In this document: positions 50,985-60,015 of the stretch, one piece after another
How the letters are laid out: every line of letters starts with the position of its first letter
Position numbering within the stretch: the stretch's first letter is position 1
NCBI GenBank assembly: GCA_965228855.1
Contig: CBDDIJ010000005.1
Span: 992,001 to 1,056,000, forward strand
Length of the DNA stretch: 64,000 nucleotides
Source: Candidatus Obscuribacterales bacterium
Lineage (GTDB): Bacteria > Cyanobacteriota > Vampirovibrionia > Obscuribacterales > Obscuribacteraceae
Direction of reading: 5' to 3'
Notes under the pieces: generated by a model
The model's input: only the letters and a program-made list of their open reading frames with translations
What the model was told of the DNA's origin: nothing
Database searches by the model: none
Made by a program: the position numbers and the translations under genes

Positions 50985-51219
50985 GGTAGATGCAGAACAA
51001 GTTCTCTGTTGCGCTCTAACGTTAAGAAACAAGCGTGCGCGCGTACTGAATAAACTTTCAGGCAGCAATGATGACTGTTGCGGCTCCAGAAGTGAAGAGA
51101 TGGAAGCTTATTTTAAACGTTATCCGGGAGTTCATCCCGACGGAGGATATGCTGACCTGAGGCGCTACAAGCGTTTCCTCGCAATCCGTCGAATTAAAGC
51201 GCGATTCGGTTTATTCTAG
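50902..51219 (+). CDS. Putative MNIO partner protein
   Basis: Own RBS (GGAGG) and ATG; RQELEAQQEQLINALL...LRNKRARV...GGYAD resembles, from memory, the extra C-terminal domain of actinobacterial DUF692 proteins. Confidence 0.7.
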   Translation: MSTYRQELEAQQEQLINALLNLAAAPSEVDAEQVLCCALTLRNKRARVLNKLSGSNDDCCGSRSEEMEAYFKRYPGVHPDGGYADLRRYKRFLAIRRIKARFGLF

Positions 51220-52097
51220 CGACTGCGAACTTTGGCGTTGACGGCCGTTTTCGTGATGCGCTGTGAGTAATTCTCAACTGGTGCGATTCTGCTGTAAGGC
51301 GCATAGCTGGCAGCCACGGTAGGCTCCAAAAGTTTAGCTTCAGCATTCTTTGCGATCAACTGTGCATCGACTCCACGCGCAGCAAGCTGGGCGGTGCATT
51401 CTTTCTGAGCCAATTGTCCGTTTACCGCTCTTGTTGCGGAGTTATTCAATCTGTTAGGTGATGCGTTGAGTTCCGCTTGAGCCGGATTGATTTTCGCCAT
51501 CAAATTCTTGCGACGAAGCTCGGCCTCCACTGCAGTGGTGGGCTCATGTTGGCCGCCGGGCGGGATTAAGCGGCCCATTGTGTCTCTATTCGAGAGTTGC
51601 GGTGCCACGTGTTTATAACCAATTGAAGTGTTGGTGCTGCGAAGGGTCGGAGCAACGTGTTTGTAAGCGATTTGTGTTCCAGTGCTGCGATGCGGTGCGA
51701 TTTGGGTCGGTTTCTTATAGACGCTTGGTCTTGCTTGAACCGGTTTATAAAGGTAATTTTTGCTGTCTATCGCAGTCTGATTTTTCTTCGACTTAGATGC
51801 GACCTCATGCTTCTTACCTCTAGAAGTCAGGCATTGTCGCGGGGGCGGCGGCGGACCGACGAGCCTCGTGCCCTGAACATTCGCATATATGGGATTCCAA
51901 TGGTAGTGCCGGAGGTTGGGATTGGACTTCAGGATATTGTTTTCCCAGTTTCTAATTTCGACGCAACCTACCGTCGCGCGAACCGGTCTCAATTCACCCC
52001 GGCGGGCAGCCTCGGCTTTCTGACCACCAACGAGCGCCAGAATTATAAAAACTGCCATAGCCAAGCCCTTGCGGGTGTTTTGGGAAGCGAAAACCAT
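51216..52097 (-). CDS. Secreted basic hypothetical protein with internal repeats
   Basis: Signal peptide ending AEA; YKHVAP x2; repeated V-x-(G/A)-x-L motifs; ATG 52097 after AGAGGTG. Confidence 0.7.
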   Translation of the reverse strand: MVFASQNTRKGLAMAVFIILALVGGQKAEAARRGELRPVRATVGCVEIRNWENNILKSNPNLRHYHWNPIYANVQGTRLVGPPPPPRQCLTSRGKKHEVASKSKKNQTAIDSKNYLYKPVQARPSVYKKPTQIAPHRSTGTQIAYKHVAPTLRSTNTSIGYKHVAPQLSNRDTMGRLIPPGGQHEPTTAVEAELRRKNLMAKINPAQAELNASPNRLNNSATRAVNGQLAQKECTAQLAARGVDAQLIAKNAEAKLLEPTVAASYAPYSRIAPVENYSQRITKTAVNAKVRSR

Positions 52098-52108
52098 AAC
52101 CACCTCTT

Positions 52109-52125
52109 GCTATAAACTTTATAGC
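52109..52125. promoter_or_regulatory. Perfect palindrome GCTATAAA-C-TTTATAGC
   Basis: 8-1-8 inverted repeat immediately upstream of the RBS of the 51216-52097 gene. Confidence 0.45.
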
Positions 52126-52444
52126 TTTTTCCCAAGACGTCGACTATGGGGAGATTACCATCGCTGGAACCGTTTATGAAACACTGCTCAAATGCAGTCA
52201 GCGCAAGCCTTTGGGAAATAATGACCGGGGCAAATCATGACAAATTCTTCTGATATTCCCGATATACGGCGGTTTTCGGCAAAAAATGTACCTACTTATA
52301 CCTAAATCCGCCAGATTTGAAAGGTAACGATTGTCATTACCAAGCCTTTTGATGTGTGAATGTCTGTGTCAGAATGCCATCGGAATCCTGAAGCGTGGCA
52401 AATTGCGCATTTTATCGGCTTCCCTCTTAAGAAAATCAGATCTC

Positions 52445-53368
52445 ATGAATTCAAGACTGACACGGAGAAGAGTTAATACCCTCGGGGTTTTAACCGCTGC
52501 CGCGGCAGCACTGCTAACGTTGAACGCTTGCAGCAAGGATACGAATTCCGACCCTAGAAATCTAACGCCAATGGTTTCTATAGAGGGATCGGACACGATG
52601 AGCGTTCTGCTCACCAAATGGGCGACTGCGTTCATGAAGGACAACCACGACATCCCGGTCTCCGTCACCGTCGCAGATTCCGGTGCAGGCTTGAAAGCTC
52701 TTCTGGACCGCAGAACAGACATTGCGGCCTCATCACGAGATCTCACAAATGAGGAAAACGAGACAGTACACAGCAAGGGCATGCACCTGGTGCGCCGAAT
52801 CGTCGCATTGGACTCAATCGCTGTCATCGTGAATCCGCAATCAGAGCTCACCGAAATTGCTTTACCGGAATTGCGCAAGGTTTTTGCGGGCACCATCAGC
52901 GACTGGTCGCAGCTCGACAGCAAACTGAAAGGCGACATCGTCGTTTGTGTGAGAGAGCCGGAGTCAGGCACCTCTAATTACTTTAGAGAACATGCACTAA
53001 AGTCGCCAAAGGAGCCCAAAGAGACCGCCCCGACTGAATACTCGAAAAACGCAGTTATCTTGAACTCGAACGACGCCCTGATCGGAGCGATTGCAACCAA
53101 CAAAAGCGCAATCGGTTTCCTTCCATATAGCGATGCTAGAAGTGCGACAGATAAGGTCAAATCGCTAAAAGTTAAACTGATGGCATCTTCGCCGGACGCG
53201 GTTGCGCCGACTCTGTCAGCAACAACGGATGACTACTCGCTGAGCCGACCGCTTTATATGTTCTTCGACTCGAAGTCAAAACCGTCGACCAAGAAATTCG
53301 TCGATTTCTGCCTCAGCGACAAGGGACAGGCGATCGTAAAAGAGCACGGATTCGTCAAGCTGAAGTAG
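52445..53368 (+). CDS. pstS: Phosphate-binding lipoprotein (PstS family), no adjacent pstCAB
   Basis: Lipobox LNAC; IEGSDTM, DIAASSR, ALDSIAVIVNP, REPESGT, YSLSRPLYM. Confidence 0.85.
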   Translation: MNSRLTRRRVNTLGVLTAAAAALLTLNACSKDTNSDPRNLTPMVSIEGSDTMSVLLTKWATAFMKDNHDIPVSVTVADSGAGLKALLDRRTDIAASSRDLTNEENETVHSKGMHLVRRIVALDSIAVIVNPQSELTEIALPELRKVFAGTISDWSQLDSKLKGDIVVCVREPESGTSNYFREHALKSPKEPKETAPTEYSKNAVILNSNDALIGAIATNKSAIGFLPYSDARSATDKVKSLKVKLMASSPDAVAPTLSATTDDYSLSRPLYMFFDSKSKPSTKKFVDFCLSDKGQAIVKEHGFVKLK

Positions 53369-53599
53369 TGGCCGATTGGCAACAGTTGTTTAATCAGGCA
53401 GAGAGTTGAAACGGATCTGTCATCTGAATTCTGCGCGCATTTTCGATGCTTAACGTTCTTCAAATTTTGCTTCGCAGCATGGCGTTTGACTTGCCGAACT
53501 TTTCGTAGCTTTTGGAATGTATCGAAGAGTAGCATCCGTTTTTTCTTGTGCTATTTACCTGTCATGGAGAAAGGAAACGGTTGCAAGTGAAGGTGTGAA

Positions 53600-53785
53600 A
53601 TGAGAGCCCTGAGAACGACCAGAGACAATTTGATTGAGGTCAACTTTGGAAAGCAGGAAGAAGTTAGATTGCTCAGCGCGGAGGAAGAAACTTCCGAGCA
53701 GTCGGAGAAAGTAACCTGCGAGAATGGCGTTTGCACTTTGAATTGGTCACCGACAAGACCCGCAAAGAAATCGGAAGCCGCTTAA
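53600..53785 (+). CDS. Small protein with CENGVC motif
   Basis: 61 aa, AAGGTG RBS, acidic linker, C-x4-C followed by TLNWSP. Confidence 0.65.
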   Translation: MRALRTTRDNLIEVNFGKQEEVRLLSAEEETSEQSEKVTCENGVCTLNWSPTRPAKKSEAA

Positions 53786-53891
53786 GCTTCACTTCCAGCG
53801 GTACTTACGTTTGATTACCAAACCGTGACAACTGACGCCGATCACCGTATCCTTAGGTAATGGCGCAGGTGACTATGTCCAGGTAAGTATT

Positions 53892-56800
53892 TTGTCGCGC
53901 AAAAATTTTCTAGACCGACTCAAAGAAAAAGTCCTCATTTTCGATGGGGCAATGGGAACGTCGATTCATAAATATGATCTGACCCTCGATGATTACGCGG
54001 GTCTGGAAAACTGTCCGGAGATTCTCGTCGAGAGCCGCCCTGACGTGATCCGCGAGATCCACGGCTCGTTCTACAACGTAGGCTGCGATGTAGTCGAGAC
54101 TAATACGTTTGGCGGAACCCCGATCGTCCTTGCAGAGTTCGGGATTGCAGAACGCGCCTATGAATTGAACAAGAAAGCAGCGGAACTCGCACGAGCAGTG
54201 GCGGAAGACTATTCAGCGGGCGGTCAGCAGCGTTATGTTTCCGGCTCGATAGGTCCGACAACTAAGCTTCCCTCGCTAGGTCACATAAGCTTTGCGGATA
54301 TGCGGGATGCCTATTACGAACAGGTGCGCGGTCTCGTTGATGGTGGCGTGGACGCGCTGCAGTTTGAAACCGGTCAAGATTTACTACAGGCAAAAGCCGC
54401 AGTTATAGCCATGCTCGATTACTTCAAGGTGATCGGGCGCAAAGTTCCGATCATCGTTCAAGTAACTATCGAAGCGCCTCCACTAGGCACCATGCTAGTT
54501 GGCTCAGACATCAGCTGCGCGCTGACGACTATGTCGGCATTTCCGATTGACGTAATCGGAATAAACTGTGCGACTGGTCCGAGTGAAATGCTCGATCCGA
54601 TACATTATCTGTGCAACAACACGGATAAACTCGTGTCAGTACTGCCGAACGCTGGATTGCCTGAAAACGTTGATGGTCAAACGGTTTATAAACTAACTCC
54701 GGATGAACTTGCAACAGCGCTCAAGCACTTCGTGGTTAACGATGGTGTCAACATCGTTGGTGGCTGTTGTGGTACCACTCCGGACCACCTGGCGCGAGTG
54801 GTGGAAGTGATTGGAAATGCCGCGCCGAAAAAGCGCGAACCCATTTACACACCAGCTGCAGCCAGCATCTACACAAGCGTTCCATTTGAAATGGATCAGC
54901 CGCCCTTGATTGTTGGTGAAAGAACCAACACCAATGGCAGCCGCAAATTCAAACAGCTTTTGCAAAAGGAAGATTGGGACGGAATGGTCTCGATGGGTCG
55001 TGAGCAAGAGCGCGAAGGCGCGCATGTGCTGGACGTTTGCACAGCATATGTCGGTCGCGACGAAATCCGCGATATGAATACGCTGATTAAGCGTTTAAAC
55101 ACAGAATTACAAATTCCGATAGTGATAGACACCACCGAGTATCCCGTTCTTGCCTCAGCGTTAGAACGCATAGCCGGCAAGCCCATAGTTAATTCCATAA
55201 ACTTGGAAGATGGCGTCGACAGTATGATGCGCAAGGTTGGTCTGATAACTCGCTTCGGCGCAGCCACTGTCGCGCTGACTATCGACGAAGATGGTATGGC
55301 GAAAACAGCAGATCGAAAAGTCGAGATTGCCAAACGCATTCACGATCTGGCTGTTGAAGCGGGTCTTCCAGCACACGATATAATTTTCGACGCTCTGACG
55401 TTTACTCTTTCGACTGGAAATGAAGAGGATCGCAAGCTCGGTTTGGAAACCCTGAAGGCGATCAAGATGATTAAGGAGCAACTGCCGGGAGTAAAAACTA
55501 TTCTCGGCGTGAGCAATATATCGTTCGGTTTCGATCCGATTATCAGGCAAACCTTAAACTCCGTTTTCCTCCACTATGCCGTTGAATACGGGCTGGATAT
55601 GGCGATCGTGAACGCTCAAAAAATCTTGCCGTTATTCAAAATCAACGAAGAAGAGCGCGAGTTTCACCGCAAACTTATCTTTGACGAACGCACTGAAAGC
55701 TACGATCCACTATTCGCGTTGCTCGATTACTACAAGGCGAAGACTGCATCGGAAGCCAGTGAAACCAAAGTTGTTCAGCACAGAGAAATCGAAGACGTCC
55801 TGAAGAACCGCATCATCGACGGCAATCGTGTCGGTTTGGAAAAGGATCTGGATAAGGCGCTTGAGAAATACGCGGCGCTAGAGATCATCAACAACATTTT
55901 GCTGGACGGTATGAAGGTCGTCGGAGACCTGTTCGGCAGCGGTAAGATGCAGTTGCCGTTCGTACTGCAATCAGCAGAGACGATGAAGGCTGCGGTAGCG
56001 TATTTGGAACCTCATATGGAAAAGGTCGAAGGCGCGAACCGCGGAACCATGGTGCTCGCCACGGTCAAAGGTGACGTTCACGATATTGGTAAAAACCTCG
56101 TCGACATTATCCTTTCGAACAATGGCTACAAGGTTGTAAACCTCGGCATTAAACAACCAATTGAAAACATAATTGCAGCAGCACTGGAGCACAAAGCCGA
56201 TTGCATAGGCATGAGCGGTTTGCTCGTAAAGTCAACAGTCATCATGAAAGAGAATCTGGACGTGCTGAACCAGCGCGGAATAAAGGTTCCCGTTATTCTC
56301 GGCGGCGCGGCTCTAACGAGACGTTACGTCGAATTCGACTGCAGGCAGAACTATCGAGGTCTGACCTTCTACGGTCAGGATGCCTTCGACGATTTGAAGA
56401 TCATGGAAGCGCTGCACGCGTTACGCACAGCTCAAGACAAGCTGGGTGGATTATCAGAGGAAGAGTTGCTGGCGCAAGTACACGGAACTTCAGGACTGTC
56501 TACAGCACATCCGGAAGAAGACGAAGCGACCGAAGAAGCGTTAAGCGATGGAACCGGCGCCGGAGAAGCCAGAATGCTCGAAGACGATGACGCCAGTGAC
56601 GAATCGCTCGACGAGCAAACTGCAGCTCGAATAATAGAGGGCAAACAGAAAGCACCTAGTTGCGCACGCGTGTCAAAATCTGGCATTGCAGGTGGTGCCA
56701 ATGGCGGCTCCAGTGAACGCGAAAACACGACTCGTTCCGACGTGTCTCGAACGATCGACGTCCCAAATCCGCCTTTCTGGGGTTCCAAGATCGTTGATGA

Positions 56801-57581
56801 CGTGCCTCTTTCAGAGGTGTTCGAGTATATCAACCAGATGGTTTTGTTTAAGGGACAGTGGCGAGTCCGGCAAGGACACACGCCCAAAGTCGAATACGAC
56901 AAAATGATCAACGAAAAATTCGTTCCAATTTATGAGGAACTGAAACAGCGCTGCATAGAGCAAAAATTGCTAATTCCGCGAGCGGTCTACGGATACTTCC
57001 CTTGCCGTTCCGAGAAAAACGACTTGATTGTCTACAAGGAAGACCAGAAAACGGAGTGGCTGCGTTTCCATTTTCCAAGACAAAACCATGGAAGAGGTCT
57101 CTGCATCTCTGATTTCTTCAAGTCAACGGACGAAGGGCAGTTTGACATATTGCCACTACAGGTAGTGACCATGGGGTCACGCGCGAGTGAGTACGCGCAG
57201 GAGTTATTTGCGCAAGACAAATACACGGACTACTTATACTTCCATGGGCTATCAGTAGAGTCGGCAGAGGGTCTAGCGGAAGTTATACACAAGAGAATCC
57301 GCGCGGAACTCGGCTTCGCCGGAGACGACGCAAAGAATAAAATGCAATTGTTCCAGCAAGGTTATCGGGGCACACGCTACAGCTTCGGCTACCCAGCTTG
57401 CCCGAATCTGGAAGATCAGCGGCAGCTGTTTGAGCTATTACAACCGGAACGGGTAGGTATTCAACTCACCGAGGAGTTTCAGCTCGTGCCCGAACAAAGC
57501 ACTTCTGCAGTTGTAGTTCACCACCCGGAAGCAAAATATTTCAATATAACTACGAGTAAAAAACCAGTCGCAGTGGAGTAA
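53892..57581 (+). CDS. metH: Cobalamin-dependent methionine synthase
   Basis: DGAMGT, GINCATG, GGCCGTTP, GERTN, KGDVHDIGKN (B12-binding), RYSFGYPACP, PEQSTSA. Confidence 0.98.
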   Translation: MSRKNFLDRLKEKVLIFDGAMGTSIHKYDLTLDDYAGLENCPEILVESRPDVIREIHGSFYNVGCDVVETNTFGGTPIVLAEFGIAERAYELNKKAAELARAVAEDYSAGGQQRYVSGSIGPTTKLPSLGHISFADMRDAYYEQVRGLVDGGVDALQFETGQDLLQAKAAVIAMLDYFKVIGRKVPIIVQVTIEAPPLGTMLVGSDISCALTTMSAFPIDVIGINCATGPSEMLDPIHYLCNNTDKLVSVLPNAGLPENVDGQTVYKLTPDELATALKHFVVNDGVNIVGGCCGTTPDHLARVVEVIGNAAPKKREPIYTPAAASIYTSVPFEMDQPPLIVGERTNTNGSRKFKQLLQKEDWDGMVSMGREQEREGAHVLDVCTAYVGRDEIRDMNTLIKRLNTELQIPIVIDTTEYPVLASALERIAGKPIVNSINLEDGVDSMMRKVGLITRFGAATVALTIDEDGMAKTADRKVEIAKRIHDLAVEAGLPAHDIIFDALTFTLSTGNEEDRKLGLETLKAIKMIKEQLPGVKTILGVSNISFGFDPIIRQTLNSVFLHYAVEYGLDMAIVNAQKILPLFKINEEEREFHRKLIFDERTESYDPLFALLDYYKAKTASEASETKVVQHREIEDVLKNRIIDGNRVGLEKDLDKALEKYAALEIINNILLDGMKVVGDLFGSGKMQLPFVLQSAETMKAAVAYLEPHMEKVEGANRGTMVLATVKGDVHDIGKNLVDIILSNNGYKVVNLGIKQPIENIIAAALEHKADCIGMSGLLVKSTVIMKENLDVLNQRGIKVPVILGGAALTRRYVEFDCRQNYRGLTFYGQDAFDDLKIMEALHALRTAQDKLGGLSEEELLAQVHGTSGLSTAHPEEDEATEEALSDGTGAGEARMLEDDDASDESLDEQTAARIIEGKQKAPSCARVSKSGIAGGANGGSSERENTTRSDVSRTIDVPNPPFWGSKIVDDVPLSEVFEYINQMVLFKGQWRVRQGHTPKVEYDKMINEKFVPIYEELKQRCIEQKLLIPRAVYGYFPCRSEKNDLIVYKEDQKTEWLRFHFPRQNHGRGLCISDFFKSTDEGQFDILPLQVVTMGSRASEYAQELFAQDKYTDYLYFHGLSVESAEGLAEVIHKRIRAELGFAGDDAKNKMQLFQQGYRGTRYSFGYPACPNLEDQRQLFELLQPERVGIQLTEEFQLVPEQSTSAVVVHHPEAKYFNITTSKKPVAVE

Positions 57582-57584
57582 GCC

Positions 57585-57989
57585 ATGGCAGACAATCACG
57601 GTATCACCGGGAACTGGAAGGGACACTACACATATCAAGCAAATCCGGATGAGGGTTCGAATTTCGACGCCATATTTGTCGAGCACGAATCAAGCTTGAA
57701 GGGAGAAATTCGAGACGAGGGAATTCTCGGACATGCAGTAGTCAATGGAACTTTCGTGTATCCGGCGGTCAATTTTACCAAAACATATTTCACGCAGGGG
57801 CTGGATCCAATATCGTACCAAGGCACCATGAGTGGTGACGGCAAAACAATAGTAGGAAGGTGGACAATTACTTCCAAAAATGGAAGTGTCCTTAAAGGCT
57901 CATGGATGGCGCATCGAACAGATCAAGACGAGCAGAAAAAACAGAAGGAAACTCAGCGCGCGAAGCAAGATTTAGAAACCGTGCGTTAG
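57585..57989 (+). CDS. Hypothetical beta-rich protein, translationally close to metH
   Basis: ATG 3 nt after metH stop with GGAG RBS; WKGHYTY, FTKTY, ISYQG, IVGRW. Confidence 0.7.
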   Translation: MADNHGITGNWKGHYTYQANPDEGSNFDAIFVEHESSLKGEIRDEGILGHAVVNGTFVYPAVNFTKTYFTQGLDPISYQGTMSGDGKTIVGRWTITSKNGSVLKGSWMAHRTDQDEQKKQKETQRAKQDLETVR

Positions 57990-57998
57990 ACCTGGACT

Positions 57999-59966
57999 TC
58001 ATCGTGAAACAAATTCGTTAGCGGTGCTCTGATTTGCTTCCACGCCGGGATTCGCGGAGGAAAACGTGCGAGGTCCCTGGAAGGGTAATTCATCTTCCAG
58101 ACCCAGCCTGAACTTGTGACGGCGATTGAACCTTTCTTCAAATTTCTTGAGCTCATCTTTGGACAGACCGGGACAATCGGCTATGCACAAAAGTGTAAGC
58201 GTCGGCATCTTCTCTAAGTAGTTCAGAGATAACGGAGTAATTTCCGCTCCGACCAGCTGAATCATGCGCAATTTGGGGAGCTTCGACAAACGCTTCACAT
58301 CCTCGTCGCGGCAAGGTACACGGTCCATGTCGAGCCTTATAAGTTCGGGAAGATCGCAGATAGCCGCCGGAGAAATTCTGCAAAACTTGACCGACAACGA
58401 TGATAAAGGTTTATTTCTAAGATGACTCAGACCTTCATCCGTCACATTTTGGCAACTGTCCAGTTTCAACGTAATCAACTCAGGCATTTTCGCGATCGCG
58501 GCTAGTCCTTTGGAATCTACCGCGGTCGAGCCCAAGGTCAGCGTCGAAATACGCGAAGACGAAAGTCTCTCGAGCACTTCTGTTGTCACCGGCAAACCTG
58601 AGATATTCAATTGTTGGAGATCTTTGCACTGACCCAGCAACAGCAAACCCTTCTCCGTCACGTCGGTGAAGCTGATGTCGAGAATAACGGGTCTATGTTT
58701 TACAAGCAGTGCTCGAAGCCCTTCATCAGTAATTGGCGCCTGGGCAAATAGGTACGCACGTCGAGCAGGAACTGGAATGCCCGCTTTAAGTCGCTCGTCA
58801 CTAATCGACTCATCTCCCCGCACAGCTTTCGTGAAAACGCTCTCCATCATAGGAACCGGAATCTTGCTTGCCGGATCCGTGGTCGTGAAATCATGATCAA
58901 CGCGTGCCGTTTGATTGTTCAAATTATGGAGGAAGAAGAACAGAAGGGCCGCAATGCTCGACAGCATTAGCAAAACAAATAGGCCAACCCGCGTTCGCGA
59001 TTGCAGAAAGCGAGAGCCGAAAAACTGATTGGCGTAATCGGGAATTATCGGGGTGGTTTCAGCAGATGCAACGGGAGTGATCGTCAGTTGCGGCAACGAA
59101 TCAACGATCTCGTTAATGTGGGTGACCAATTCTTCCACTGTCTGATAGCGCGCAGCAGGTTCTTTCTCCAAACACCTGGACACGACCTCCTGAAGTTTTT
59201 GAATAGATTCTACATCGTCGACATTTGCGAAATCTGCCAGCGCAGGCGGTTCTTCCTCAGCATGCTTCTTCATCATCAACATGACTGAATCCGCTTCAAA
59301 AGGAACGCGTCCGGTAAGGCACTCGAAAAGTAAGCACCCGAGCGAATAAATGTCACTGCGGACATCGCCCTCGCCTCGAGAGCTTTCAGGACTCATGTAC
59401 GCTGGGCTACCCTGAATTTTACCGCTCGTAGTATCCAGACCCGAGCGTTCATCAGGGTTACAGAGATGCGCAATCCCAAAGTCGATCACTCGTGCAGTCG
59501 GGCAGGCCGCATTCAGATGCTCCAACATCACATTGCTGGATTTAAGATCTCGATGGATGATTCCCTGGCGATGAGCATGAGCAACAGCGTCACAGACCTG
59601 GCGAAAAAGGCTCAACATCACCGAGAGATCGGAGGCACGTTCGTCGGAGAGAAATGCGTTAAGCGGAATCCCATCGATGAATTCCATAACCATGTAGGCA
59701 GCTCCCAACTTCGTGACGCCGAAGTCCATGATGCCTACGAGATTGGGATGATTCAGACTCCCAATCGCCTTCGCTTCCTTCTGAAATCGCATCATGCGTT
59801 TGCGATCTGACGAACCGGTTAGCAGGGTCTTAATTGCAACCTCCTTGCGCAAACTTATGTCTAGAGCGCGATAGACCGTGCCCATCGCGCCCTTACCTAC
59901 CGGACCGATCAATTGATAACGTCCAAGCAATTCGACTGGAAATTCGGAGTTGCTACCGGAAAACAT
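57999..59966 (-). CDS. Ser/Thr kinase - TM - leucine-rich repeat protein
   Basis: GKGAMG, VAIK, HRDLKSSN, DFG, GSPAYMSPE; TM VGLFVLLMLSSIAALLFFFL; LRRs ITDEGL, VTEKGL, VTDEGL. Confidence 0.92.
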   Translation of the reverse strand: MFSGSNSEFPVELLGRYQLIGPVGKGAMGTVYRALDISLRKEVAIKTLLTGSSDRKRMMRFQKEAKAIGSLNHPNLVGIMDFGVTKLGAAYMVMEFIDGIPLNAFLSDERASDLSVMLSLFRQVCDAVAHAHRQGIIHRDLKSSNVMLEHLNAACPTARVIDFGIAHLCNPDERSGLDTTSGKIQGSPAYMSPESSRGEGDVRSDIYSLGCLLFECLTGRVPFEADSVMLMMKKHAEEEPPALADFANVDDVESIQKLQEVVSRCLEKEPAARYQTVEELVTHINEIVDSLPQLTITPVASAETTPIIPDYANQFFGSRFLQSRTRVGLFVLLMLSSIAALLFFFLHNLNNQTARVDHDFTTTDPASKIPVPMMESVFTKAVRGDESISDERLKAGIPVPARRAYLFAQAPITDEGLRALLVKHRPVILDISFTDVTEKGLLLLGQCKDLQQLNISGLPVTTEVLERLSSSRISTLTLGSTAVDSKGLAAIAKMPELITLKLDSCQNVTDEGLSHLRNKPLSSLSVKFCRISPAAICDLPELIRLDMDRVPCRDEDVKRLSKLPKLRMIQLVGAEITPLSLNYLEKMPTLTLLCIADCPGLSKDELKKFEERFNRRHKFRLGLEDELPFQGPRTFSSANPGVEANQSTANEFVSR

Positions 59967-60015
59967 TAACTACCGAGGGCAGTGCCTCAAGCATTATTCC
60001 CGGAGCAACGGGCAA

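Noticed and set aside
52280..52345. Pho box upstream of pstS
   Set aside because: Only a single TGTCAT half-site and a 10-bp-spaced TACCTA pair; does not fit 11-bp tandem repeats
56420..56735. Intein in MetH
   Set aside because: No N-terminal Cys/Ser block, no His-Asn end, no endonuclease motifs
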